Positions 13,291 to 23,425 of a DNA stretch of 64,000 nucleotides are shown here, one piece after another (position 1 is the first letter of the stretch; each line of letters begins with the position of its first letter). A model generated the notes under the pieces. That model saw nothing but the letters and a program-made list of their open reading frames with translations, had not been told where the DNA came from and did no database searches. This DNA is from Camelus dromedarius (lineage: Eukaryota), in assembly GCF_036321535.1 (NCBI RefSeq), contig NC_087436.1, positions 4,092,001 to 4,156,000 of the forward strand, read 5' to 3'. The position numbers and the translations under genes are program-made.

Positions 13291-14200
13291 TGACTTTCCA
13301 TTCCTCAAACTTTGTTCTTCTTTTTCAAGATTCACTCATGTATTCTGAGCCCCTGGATTTTCCACGTGAATTTTAGATTGATTGTCAATTCCTGCAAAAC
13401 ACCACCTGGGATTTGGGTAGGCATTCTTTGAATCCTTAGATCTATTCATGGACTATTGTCATCTTAGTAGAATGAAGCCTTCTGATCCATGAATATGGGA
13501 TTATTCTCTGTGAATGTAGGTCTTAATTTCTCTCAACAGAATCTCTCATCTATTGTAGTCTTCAGTGTCCAAGTCTGGGACTTCTTCCTCACCTCTATTG
13601 GATGCTGATTCAGAAGAGATACGACCTCCTGTAGAACGTCTGCTGCCACGGAGCTGACATGGAACTGAGTCCTGAGAAGGCTTTAAATTATTTTAAAAAT
13701 AAGATTAATGTACTTTAATTACTCCATAGATGAGTAATGAATGGGTCACATTAACATAGGATTTTAATCCTTTTAGAATTAGTGGAGTAATACAGACACA
13801 TTACAAAAAATTGAAATATTGCCTAAAAGAAGAGATTTGTAATTCCCACCCACAGAGGTGACTGTCATGAATGATTTGGTCCTTATGTCTCAGTCTCTGT
13901 GTCTCTCAGTATGTCTCTCTCCATCTCTGTCTCTCACACACTCACAATCAGATCAATTTACATCTATATTGATTTCACACATATGTGGTAGTGAAGATGG
14001 GACCCTGGGTGCAGACAGTGGGTCTGCATACTTCCACCCTGAGGCCTCCCTTGACTTTGGGTTGAGACCTGGCACCCACTTTTCCAACTGCACAGCATTC
14101 ATTCATCCACATGAACCAGAATGAGTGGACCCCATCCCCTCTCCATCAACATTAGTGTTGCTTTAATTCCGACTGTTTCAACCAGTGCTGTGATGAACAC

Positions 14201-15202
14201 CCTTGAAAAGGCATCTTTGAATAGGTGTGTAAGGATTTTAGTGGGATGAACTGTAAGGATCAGAACTTCTGGGGAAGAGATGCGTCTGTGGCCCTTTGAT
14301 GTGTCCTGCACCCTCTTGTCCTGAAGAGGAGCGTCCCTTCACTCTTCCCTCCAGGGGATCGGCTGGAGCCTCTGCCTGCTTACATTGTCACCAGGGCTGG
14401 TTGTCACCTGACTAAAGACCCGCCAGTGTGATGGTGACCGGTGCTCTCTCTGCAGTGTTTCTGTCTGCCTGTGTTCTCACCTGAGAGGTCAAGCATCTCT
14501 AACACAAACTGGCCACCTGCATTGCCTCTCATTGGAACTGCCCATGTATCTTCTGTTTCTGTTTAGAACACTGCGTTTTGAAAGGATTTTGGACTACAGG
14601 GATAGGAAACCTTTCTCCAACCTTGGGTTATGAGGAATGCGTTTTCCAGGTTGTGGTTTGTCTTTCAAGCAGTTTTCCTGGGCTTTTGCTAATTTTTTTT
14701 TATTTGTTTGGTTTCGTTTTTGCCACAGGAAGAGCTAAGCATCTCCCTTCTGTCTTCTGGCTGTGGTGTCACAGGGGGAACAGCAGTGTCTACCCTGAGA
14801 TTATGCACAGAGTTACTAAAAGGGCTTCATTTTGTACATCACATCTTTAATCCCCCTGGATATCCCCTCAAAATAATAAAAATGCTGCTTTAAGTGAAAA
14901 CAAACAAACAAAAATCAACAGCCCCAGCTTAAAACATGTGGGCAGGGACAAAAAAACACCTTTTTTAAAGTTTCATTGACAGGGAACACCCAGGAGAGGT
15001 AAAGACACGCAGAGAGAAAGAGGAATTGTGGTTGTCAGGGGCTGGGTGAGGAGGGAGGGGAGTGCGCGCTCTGCATCCATAGTTTCACTTTGAGGAAAGA
15101 AATAGTGTGAAACTAGATGGTAGTAATGGTCGCACAACTTTGTGAATGCCCCTAATGCTCCTGAATTGCACAATTTAAAAGAGGAAAAGTCTATATTTTA
15201 TT
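14201..15202 (+). repeat. ~1 kb direct repeat, copy 1 (built of decayed old L1 fragments)
   Basis: Collinear with 17876-18848, e.g. TTGTCACCAGGGCTGGTTGTCACC and GAAGAGCTAAGCATCTCCCTTCTG occur in both copies. Confidence 0.9.
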
Positions 15203-15304
15203 AATGAAACTCTAAAAAGCAAAATAAAGAATGCCATAAATGATGTGAAACAAACAAAGGAAATTAAAGAAAACCAAACAAAAACATGTCCAGTGGAAGG
15301 GATG

Positions 15305-15609
15305 TCATTTGGGAGGGGGAGGGGACTGATGGTGGGATTTTGGAGAACATTTTGGAGAAGAATGTGTGGGTGCATGCAGAGGGGGCTGTGCCCCAGGGGG
15401 TGGAGATGCCTGAACTGGTTCTCCGTTGCCCAGCAGTCCAGGTGCAGATTCAGGGTCAGGGGGAGCTGCAGGAGCAGCAGGAGGGAGCTCGGGGTCCCCT
15501 GCTGGACCCAGATCGTCCTTTTGTTGGTCTCTGACAACTTCCCCTGCCCCTGCCTCCTCTGTAACTATTGGATGTGGACAGAGTTTTAAGTCTTGTGGAA
15601 GAGCTCATG
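15305..15609 (-). pseudogene. RALGDS-like Pro/Ala-rich linker exon (truncated)
   Basis: Strong acceptor tttttcctctctcacag| at 15610/15609, phase 1. TGA at 15607-15605, then ALPQDLKLCPHP...GDPELPPAAPAAPPDPESAPG...SPPPPK* ending at 15305. Confidence 0.6.
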
Positions 15610-15870
15610 CTGTGAGAGAGGAAAAATTTACCCACCTGCCTCCATTTCCATGTGCCTCTTCAAGGACAGAAGCCTTCCCAGAACTTTCCAGACAGCTCCC
15701 ACCCAGAAAGTGCCCACAGGATGTGTTCTGTGACTGAATTTTTCCAGACAGGTGGTCTGAGGCCATTCTTTGCTCTGGTCCCAACAGTAGCCTCTGGGGA
15801 CACCTCCCTGTGTGGCCCAGCCCTCACCCCTCCCTCACCTACACACCTGCACCAGCCCTGCATTTCTGAC

Positions 15871-15985
15871 CTTCGGGCTCTGCTTCGGGGGCTCCTGGTC
15901 CTCCAACTGACTTGCAGCGAGATGGGCACGGTGCTCCAGGTCAGAGCCGGGTGTGCTGAGCTACCCGTCAGCCCCGGGCAGGTCC
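15871..15985 (-). pseudogene. 3' part of the RALGDS-like REM-domain-end exon
   Basis: *LSTPGSDLEHRAHLAASQLEDQEP then a 1-nt shift to EAEPE, ending GAA G|gtcaga (phase 1). TAG occupies the position of a Gln. Confidence 0.85.
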
Positions 15986-16077
15986 CTGGGGAGAGCCCTG
16001 TGTGATGGCTGGGTCAGAGGCGTGCCCCACTGATTTCTGGGCAATGGTGGTGGGGACCCCTCCATATCCAGACCCAC

Positions 16078-16185
16078 CTGGAGCCTGCGCTGGCCCTCAG
16101 AAGAGTGGCACACCAGCCCTTCACTTGGGGAGGGGGCGTTGGTGTTCTTACTCAACAGCTCCTGTTCAATATGTGGTATCTGGCT
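16078..16185 (-). pseudogene. RALGDS-like exon homologous to RALGDS exon 2
   Basis: ttgcag|AGC...CTC CAG|gtgggt, 108 nt, phase 0-0, SQIPHIEQELLSKNTNAPSPSEGLVCHSSEGQRRLQ. Confidence 0.75.
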
Positions 16186-16591
16186 CTGCAATGACAGTGA
16201 CCAGCAGCTGACCCGGCCTGGAAGTCTCAGAGCCCTGCCAGGCCAGGAACACTCCTGATTCTGTCCACTCGACCCTCTGCTGCCAGACCAGACCGGGACC
16301 TTGTTCAGCTCAGACACCCGGGAGGGAAAAGACATACCCAGAGAGCATGGGCTCCACCTTGGGCAGCAGGACCCTTCCCAGGCTCTCCACATCCCATCCA
16401 GCCAGCTTTGACCTGGGTTGTGGATGTGACCGGCCCTGCAGGGCTCTGATCTACTCTTGCTTGAGGCAGAAACCCATTCCCAACATGACTGCTCCACCTC
16501 AACCAGCCTTAAAAGGGCCGTGGGTCTACCTGGGTGGGATCTGAGTGGTGGCCCGGCCTGGGCGGGCCTGCCCTGGGCCTCCCTGTGTTAC

Positions 16592-16730
16592 CTTTGGGTC
16601 TCTCTGGCCAAAAGGCCAGAGGCGCCTTGGGTGAGACCTGACCCAACACCGGCAGCGTTGGTACAGCCCCTCGCTGCGGGCTTTCCGGGGGCTGCAGCCT
16701 CGGGATACTGGGATGCAGCAGAAAATGCTT
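16592..16730 (-). pseudogene. RALGDS-like N-terminal exon
   Basis: acag|AAGC ATT TTC TGC TGC...GAC CCA AAG|gtaac; 45 codons IFCCIPVSRGCSPRKARSEGLYQRCRCWVRSHPRRLWPFGQRDPK. Matches the recalled MF(S)CC.P.S.G...RRLWPF.RR N-terminus of expanded mammalian RALGDS-like genes. ATT at 16726-16724 occupies the position of the expected ATG. Confidence 0.75.
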
Positions 16731-16840
16731 CTGTCTCCAAACAAGTGAGTTGAGTAGGTACTTCTCTACAGAGTGGGTGCCTGGTGACTTCGGTTCCAAG
16801 TTCTGTTGGGCTCTATTGCCAGGGAAGTGAGGTCACTTAC

Positions 16841-16880
16841 TGGGGTCAACTTATCCAAGCTTCCTCCTGACACATAACTC
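16841..16880 (-). pseudogene. Putative non-coding first exon of the RALGDS-like copy (5' end approximate)
   Basis: Strong donor CCA|GTAAGT at 16841/16840 on minus, ~110 nt intron to the next acceptor, and a CCAAT box at ~16902-16906 just upstream. Confidence 0.45.
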
Positions 16881-17875
16881 CCCAAGGGCCTTTCTGGGCT
16901 GCCAATCTCTCATTTCTCACTCCATGCCATGTCCACACACAGTGACTCCAACTCAGCCCCCCCCCCATTGCCCTGGAGAGGCCTGGATGCAGCCAGTGCC
17001 GCAGCTCTGAGGACTCAGCTGGGTTTAGACCTGGCTCTCCCCACTCAGCAGTGCTGTCACCTTGGACAAGCCACGTGCCTCTCAGGGTCTCCCCAATTCC
17101 CCATCAGCACAGTGGGGATCATTCTGGCCCCTGCTTCCTAGAGAAGCCATCCTGTCTCTAGACCTAGAAACACCTACTGCATCTGTCACCCCCATGGGCT
17201 GGCTTCACAGGGAGCTCGTGCACAGACTCAGCAAAGGAAGGGCCCCACAGAGGGCTGGTGCAGCGCAGAGCACATGTCACACAGGCCTGGGTCTGCCCTG
17301 AGGTCTGGAGAAAGTCACTTTCCTTGCTGCTTGCTTCCCAGCTCCCAGTCGTGAGACTGAAATTAAATACAACTCTGACATCGTCCGCTCTGGCATGCAA
17401 CCTCCTAGGTCATTCTGTCATGTTGACATACAGGCCCAGTGTCCCATCTCGGCCTCTGTGGTGGGCTGCCCCACAATGGCTTCCTATTTTTTGCCTTCTG
17501 TTCCCATGCCATTGTGTGAACCCCACACCCTCCCCTGGAGGGTGGATGGACTTTGGGACCAGGTTCTGACATGTAGACTGACTTGTGAAAATGTGCTTGA
17601 GTTCCACTCCTTCCCAGCTCCAGTGTTCCTTCTCTCTGTCTCTGTCTCTCAGTGCCTCTCTCTCTGTCTTGTCTCTCTCTCTGTTTCTCTGTCTCCCCCT
17701 GCTTCTCTGTGTTTCAGTCTTTCTGTCTCTTTTCCTATATGTATGTGTGTATATATTTATGTGTATATGGGTGTATATATGTGTGTGTATTGTTCGGGCC
17801 CAGGGCAGGTCACTTCTGAAAATCCCTTGATGACATATTGATTATTTTGAATTCATGTTACTGAAGAAAAATTAT

Positions 17876-18848
17876 CCTTGAAAATTGTGCAAGCACTTTG
17901 GTGGGATCTGCTCTAAGGATCAGCACTGCTAGGGAAGGGATGCACCTGTGGTACTTTGATGTATCCTGCCCCTTGTTCTGCCGGAGAGGAGCGTCCATTT
18001 GCTCTTCCCTCCAGGGGGCCTCCTGGGGTCTCTGCCTGCTCACGTTGTCACCAGGGCTGGTTGTCACCGGGCTAAAGACCTGCCAGTGTGATGGTGGCCA
18101 ATGCTGTCTCTGCAGTCTGTCCATCTGCCTGTGTCCTCACCTGAGAGGTCGAGAATCTCTAGCAGACACTGGCCACCTGCACTGCCTCTCGTTGGAACTG
18201 CCTGTGTGTGTTTTGTTTCTTTTCAGAACACTGGGCTTCAAGAGGTTTTTGGACCACAGGGATGTGAAGCTTTTCTCCGACCTTGGGTCATGAGGAAAGC
18301 TTTTTCCAGGCTGTGGTTTTTCTTTCCAGCTGTCTTTCTTGGCCTTTGTTTTCTGCTTTAGTTTGGTTTTATTTTGCCACAAGAAGAGCTAAGCATCTCC
18401 CTTCTGGCTCTGGTTTCACACTTAGAACAGCAGTGCCTACCCCGAGATTATGCAGAGTTACTAAAAGGGCTTCATTTGGTACGTCTCATCTTTAATCCAT
18501 CTGGATTTTCCTCTCAAAATACAAAAATGCTAATTCACGTGAAAACAAACAAACAAAAAATTCACCCGTCCCTACTTAAGATATATGGGCAAACAAACAA
18601 AAAGCCACCTTTTATATGATTTCATTGATAGGGAACCTCCAGGATTGGTAAAGACATAGAGAGAGAAAGGGGATTAGGGCTTGTCATGGGCTGGGGGAGG
18701 TAGGATGTGGGGTGCACTTTGTACACAAGCTTTTACGTTGAGGAAGGAAATAGTCTGAAACCAGTGGTGTTGGTCTCACAGCATTGTGAATGCACTTAAT
18801 GCTCCTTAAAATTGCACAATTTAAAATGGGAAAAGGCTAAACTTTATT
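17876..18848 (+). repeat. ~1 kb direct repeat, copy 2
   Basis: Collinear with 14201-15202; roughly 80% identity by eye. Confidence 0.9.
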
Positions 18849-18879
18849 CTTATAAACTTAAAACAAAAATGGAATATAA

Positions 18880-19590
18880 TATAATAGAAAAGAAAAACAT
18901 CTGACTCCATAGAAGATCTGTCCTTTTGGCTTTAACCCTGTGCCCTCTTTTCTAGGCTTAGTCTTACTAGCTCTGCACATTTTGTAAAACAGTGTTGTCT
19001 TTAGCCTGAAATATACAGGAGAGCCTATTTTCAAGGCTCTGATCTTTAAGGATATTACCACTTTTGCACTTATATAAAGACAAAAAGATGCAGAATACAA
19101 AATTACTTTTGTTTTGTTAGAGGTTTTACAGAGCCACTATGACCTGGTCTACATAGACAGCTGCAGACCAAGATAATGGCGGACTACTATCTTGGAGAAC
19201 CATCTTCCCCAATTCAGACTTCAGGCTCCTTTTCTGCTAAAAAGGGGAGGGGCTGTGGTTGGTTGTTGCAAACTTCTTGGTGTAGGATTTCTTTGTTCTT
19301 GGAATCCTTTGCAGATGTCCACGTGGGTCAGATCATGGTGTTCCTGTAAAACCTGCAACCAAACAAACTTGTTCTATTCTGCAACTTGTTATCTTTATAG
19401 GAGTGCAAAAGTGTTAATATCCTTAACGTTCATAGTTTTGAAAATAGGCTCTCCTGTTTATTTCGGCTAAAGGCAACATTGTTTTACAAAAGGTGCAGAG
19501 CTAGCAAGACTAAGCCTAGAAAACAGGGCAGAGGGTTAAAGGAAAAGGCACAGATCCAATATGGAGTCAGATTTGTTCTTCTCTATTACA
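18880..19590. mobile_element. Two ERV1-type LTR 5' portions fused in opposite orientation (inverted repeat)
   Basis: 18880-19167 begins TATAATAGAAAAGAAAAACATCTGACTCCATA. 19168-19590 ends TATGGAGTCAGATTTGTTCTTCTCTATTACA, the reverse complement of the same LTR start. Confidence 0.85.
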
Positions 19591-20699
19591 GTGCCTTTTG
19601 GTGAGAGCTAAGAGGATGATTCCTGGGTGGGTCCTCCACTGTCCCAGGCTGGAGTTCAGGCAGGATCTCTGCCAGATTCACCATGACTTTGGACCTGATC
19701 TCCCACAGAGAAAGTGACAATTACTGGATTAAAGTTACCTGTCAAAATCCCTTCAATTGCAGGTAAACTATAACACAGCAGGGGATGTCTCATTGGCCAG
19801 TCAACTGCCAGTCTCCCCTGATGCAAGGGACCAGCGTGGCGGCCGGATCCATGGTGGCCTGGCCAGTGCACCTTCCTACTTTGCTCTCCAGCCTTGGCTT
19901 CCTAACTTTGACACTTTAAAAGCTCCCATCCCTCTTCCCTCTGGCCTGGTGTGAATGAACAAGGTCCCTGCACCCACCTGGGCTGAGGCCAGGCCACACA
20001 CACAGCCCCATGCACACAGCCCACCATCTGCTGTCTGCCCCTGGGCTCAAGTGCACACTCTGAACTCCCCCACCTCAAAGGTCTGCGTGCCAGTGCCTCC
20101 GCCCTAAGGGTCCAGACCACCATCAGGACCATCAAACACCCAAGGCCCACAGGCCAGTGGCTGGCAGCCTGGGATCACCCTGACCCATAGGGTCAGTTGA
20201 GGAACAGGGTGCAGGGATCAGGGTGCCAGGGCAGGAATTGGAACAGCCTTCAGTCCAGCCTGCCTCGCCCTGTAGCCTCAGACATTAAATATGAAGGTGC
20301 ACACTAGGCTGGATCCCCCACTGGTGGCAGTAGTCATCATTACTGGAGCCCGGATTTCCCCACCCCAACCACAGGGTGAGGGGTGAGGGAGTGAGCTCAG
20401 GGTAGGGGTGCACTCAGAGTGAAGGGGATCCCATGGTGAGGGGGTACAGGTTGTGGGGTGTGGGGCCCGCTTAGAATGGAACTGACCTGGCTGAGAGGTG
20501 AGGGGGACAATTTCAGGATGTTGGGCGTCCTGTGGTGAGGCATGAGGGGTAAGCTTGTGGGTGTAGGGGCCATAGGTTAGGACCTAGCAGGATGGAGTGT
20601 CAGGGCAGGGACCTCAGTGTGAGGAGAAGGAGCCCTGTCTTCAAGGTCTGGTGGGACACTGGGCCTGGCCAGGGGTGGGAGGGTAGTAACAGGGAGGGG

Positions 20700-21450
20700 A
20701 AGGTGAGCAGGGGAAGTGGGGCTGGCGGGGTGTGGCCTGGCCCAGGGCAGTCGTGGTTCTAGTTCAGTTCCAGGACCCAGTCGGTGGCGGGGTGAAGGCT
20801 CTGGGGATGGAGACCCGGCGGGACGAGCAGGAGGGGCACCACCTGGCTCCTCCCGGCCCCAGTGGCCAGGGCCGGTAAAGCAGGAGACCCACCCGGGCAG
20901 TTTGCGCTGCAGGCGGGAGGAGGAGGGGAGCGCACGTGCAGACGGACAGACGCGCGGACGCCGGAACCCGCCCAGAATGCGTGGAAGCTGGCGGGAGCCA
21001 GTTGCTCCTGGACCAGCTCCTGGAAGAGGAACACGGCTTGGGGTCTGGGCCGCCGCTTGCCCTCGGTTCGGCTGCTGCTGCCGGGCAGTTAAGGGGGCGC
21101 TGGTGGGGGCCCGCTGCTCGGGGAGCCGGCGGGTGACGCCTGGGCTGTGCGGCTGAGGAGGCGCACAGGGAGGGGTGCGGAGGTGAGGTCCAGGCCGCGC
21201 GTCCAGTTAGGACCCTGAGGCGGGTCCCAGCCGCCGCTGTAGTTCGTGGTAATCCCGCTATTAGTAGTTCCTGAACCCTGCGTTTTTGCCGCCGCTTATG
21301 TCCGGGTTTAGAAGAGCAGGCACAGCCCCGGGAGGTGGGAGGGCACCGGACGGCTCCGGAGCATCTCCGACTGGCCCTCAGACCATGGCCTGCTCCTGGG
21401 AGGCGGGTGCAGTGCGGGCGCGGGGCCTCGGATGGAATGGGGGCTGCCCC
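20700..21450. promoter_or_regulatory. CpG island / promoter-like region
   Basis: Sharp rise in GC and CpG density. Contains GCGCACGTGC (E-box/NRF1-like, ~20930), CCGGAA ETS-like core (~20961), GC boxes, and candidate donor GGAG|GTGAGG (+) at ~21182. Confidence 0.75.
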
Positions 21451-22250
21451 ATGTGAGCCCCTGGATTTGCTCCCATCTTCCCCGCGGCCTGACCTTGGAG
21501 GCGGCCTCTAAATCCCCAGGTTCTTGTGACTCAGGTTACAGGTCAGGCTGCTCCTGGGAGGTGGGCGCGTTGCGATCAGTGTGCTGGGATGGCTGTAGCA
21601 GCAGCGGGAAATGGTTGCAACCCCTGCGCTCTCACAAGGCAGCCCCAATCCCACCATCGCAGCCGCCGCCATTCCCTGACAGCACAGCACCCGCCTTCCA
21701 GGAGCAGGCTGACCTGTAACCTGAGTTCCACAAACCTGGGGCAGCAGAGGCCAAGCTCAGGCTATGTGCTGGGGAGTTTGAAGCAAATCCACAGGCACCC
21801 ATGGGCGGACCCCATAACCAGCCACTGCCTTCTACCACACAGCGCCCTCCTCCCGGTAGCAGGCTGACCTGGGGACCGTGCCTGGAGCAGCAGAGGCCGA
21901 ACCCTGGACAGGCCGTGGGGGAGATGGGGGCAAATCGACCAGCTTGCCAGGTCGCTGCCCATCTCCCTGCCGCTGTCCCAGGTTCGTGGACCACTTGTTT
22001 TCAAGTCAGTGGGTTCCTGAGAGGCAGGCGCGGTGCAGTCAGGAGGTGGGGGCTGCGGGGAGGGGTGCTGCCCCAGGGGGAGCAGGTGGACTTGCTCCCA
22101 TCTCCCCCAGGGCCAGACCTGGGTACGGCCTCTGCTGCCCCAGGTTTGCAGGACACATGTCATGTCAGCCTGTCCCTGGGAGGAGGGCTCAGGTTACTCG
22201 GGGCAGCCTCAGTGGCTGAGAAGGGTTTTAGAAGTGGGCTCTAGCCCAGC
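21330..22250. repeat. Degenerate GC-rich tandem array with an internal inverted segment (possibly L1 5'UTR monomers)
   Basis: Recurrent motifs CTGCTCCTGGGAGGCGGG, GCTCCCATCTCCCC and CCCCAGGTT occur in forward orientation, and in reverse orientation at ~21630-21945. Confidence 0.65.
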
Positions 22251-22309
22251 ATAACTAACTCTCCTTTCTTCTCTTGCTTCCTCAGTTGGTGGCTGTATCG
22301 GCTTTTTCT

Positions 22310-23425
22310 TTATAGGTAATTGCTGGATAATGAACATAGGTTTCTGTGCTATACAGAAGAAACTTTATTTAAAATCTATTTTTATATATAGTGGCTAAAA
22401 TTTGTAAATCTCCCAGATTTATCCCTTCCCATCCCCTTTCCCGGTAACCTTAAGATTGTTTACTAAGTCTGCAAGTCTGTTTCTGTTTTGTAGATGAGTT
22501 CACAGTGTCTTTTTCTCTCTTTTTTTGGATTGCACATATGAGTGGTATCATTTGGTATTTTTCTGTTTCTGGCTGCTTTCACTTAGAATGACGATCTCTA
22601 GCTCCATCCATGTTGCTGCAAATGGTTTTATTTTGTCCTTTTCATGCTAGAGTAGTATTCCAGTGTATAAATATACCACAACTTCTTTATCCAGTCATCT
22701 GTTGCTACATTTAGCTTGCCTCCATGTCTCAGCTATTGTATACAGTGGTGCTATGAATACTTGGGTGCAGGTATCTTTTCACATTGGAGTTCCTTCCAGT
22801 TATATACCCAAAAGTGGGATTGCTGGGTCATAGTGTAAGTCTATTTTTAGTTTTTTGAGTGATTTCCATGCTTTCCATAATGAGTACACCAAACTGGATT
22901 CCCACCAGCAGTGTAAGAGGGTACCCTACCCTCTTCTGCCTCTCTAGCATTTATCATTCATGAAATTCTGAGTGATGGCCATTCTGACTGGTGTGGGCTG
23001 ATACCCCACTGTAGTTTTGATTTGCATTTCTCAGTTTATTAGTGATACTGAGCATTTTTTCATGTGTCTATTGGCCATTTGTATCTTCATTGGAGAAATG
23101 CTTGTTTAGGTCTTCTGCCTATTTTTGGATTGAGGTTTTTTGTTGTTGTTGTTGTTATTAAGTTGTATGAGCTGTTTATATATTCTGAAAATTAAGCCTT
23201 TGTTAGTCGTATCATTTGCAAATATTTTCTCCTATTCGTAGGTTGATGTTTTCTTTTATTTATGGTTGCCTTTGCTGTGAAGAAAATTATGAGTTTAATT
23301 ACATCCCATTTGTTTGTTTTTTTCTCTTATTTCCATTGCCTGGGTAGATTGCCCTAGGAGAACGTTGCTAAGATTTATGTCAGATAATGTTTTGCCTATG
23401 TTTTCTTTTAGGAGATTTATCAAGT
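22310..23425 (-). mobile_element. LINE-1 3' portion (5'-truncated)
   Basis: Antisense L1 3'UTR plus ORF2 end; similar to 41700-42540. Confidence 0.88.

Larger units (their letters stand above)
15305..16880 (-). pseudogene. RALGDS-like (ral guanine nucleotide dissociation stimulator-like family) unprocessed, truncated pseudogene
   Basis: Five exon-like segments with GT/AG boundaries on the minus strand. Translations include SQIPHIEQELL...HSSEGQRRLQ (cf. RALGDS SSTQEIGEELI...HGGNKGQRWLG) and *LSTPGSDLEHRAHLAASQLEDQEP/EAEPE (cf. RALGDS QLNMPGSDLERRAHLLLAQLEHSEPIEAEPE). Lesions: ATT at the expected start codon, TAG and TGA stops, a frameshift, and no RasGEF (CDC25) exons found. Confidence 0.85.

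Noticed and set aside
15286..16753. Plus-strand exon-like ORFs (e.g. 15286-15534, 16002-16211, 16457-16753)
   Set aside because: Explained as antisense shadows of the minus-strand RALGDS-like exons.
20807..20840. ATGGAGAC as KLHL2 exon 1 (METPPLPP)
   Set aside because: Reads METRRDEQ; similarity ends after 8 nt and no donor follows at the expected position.
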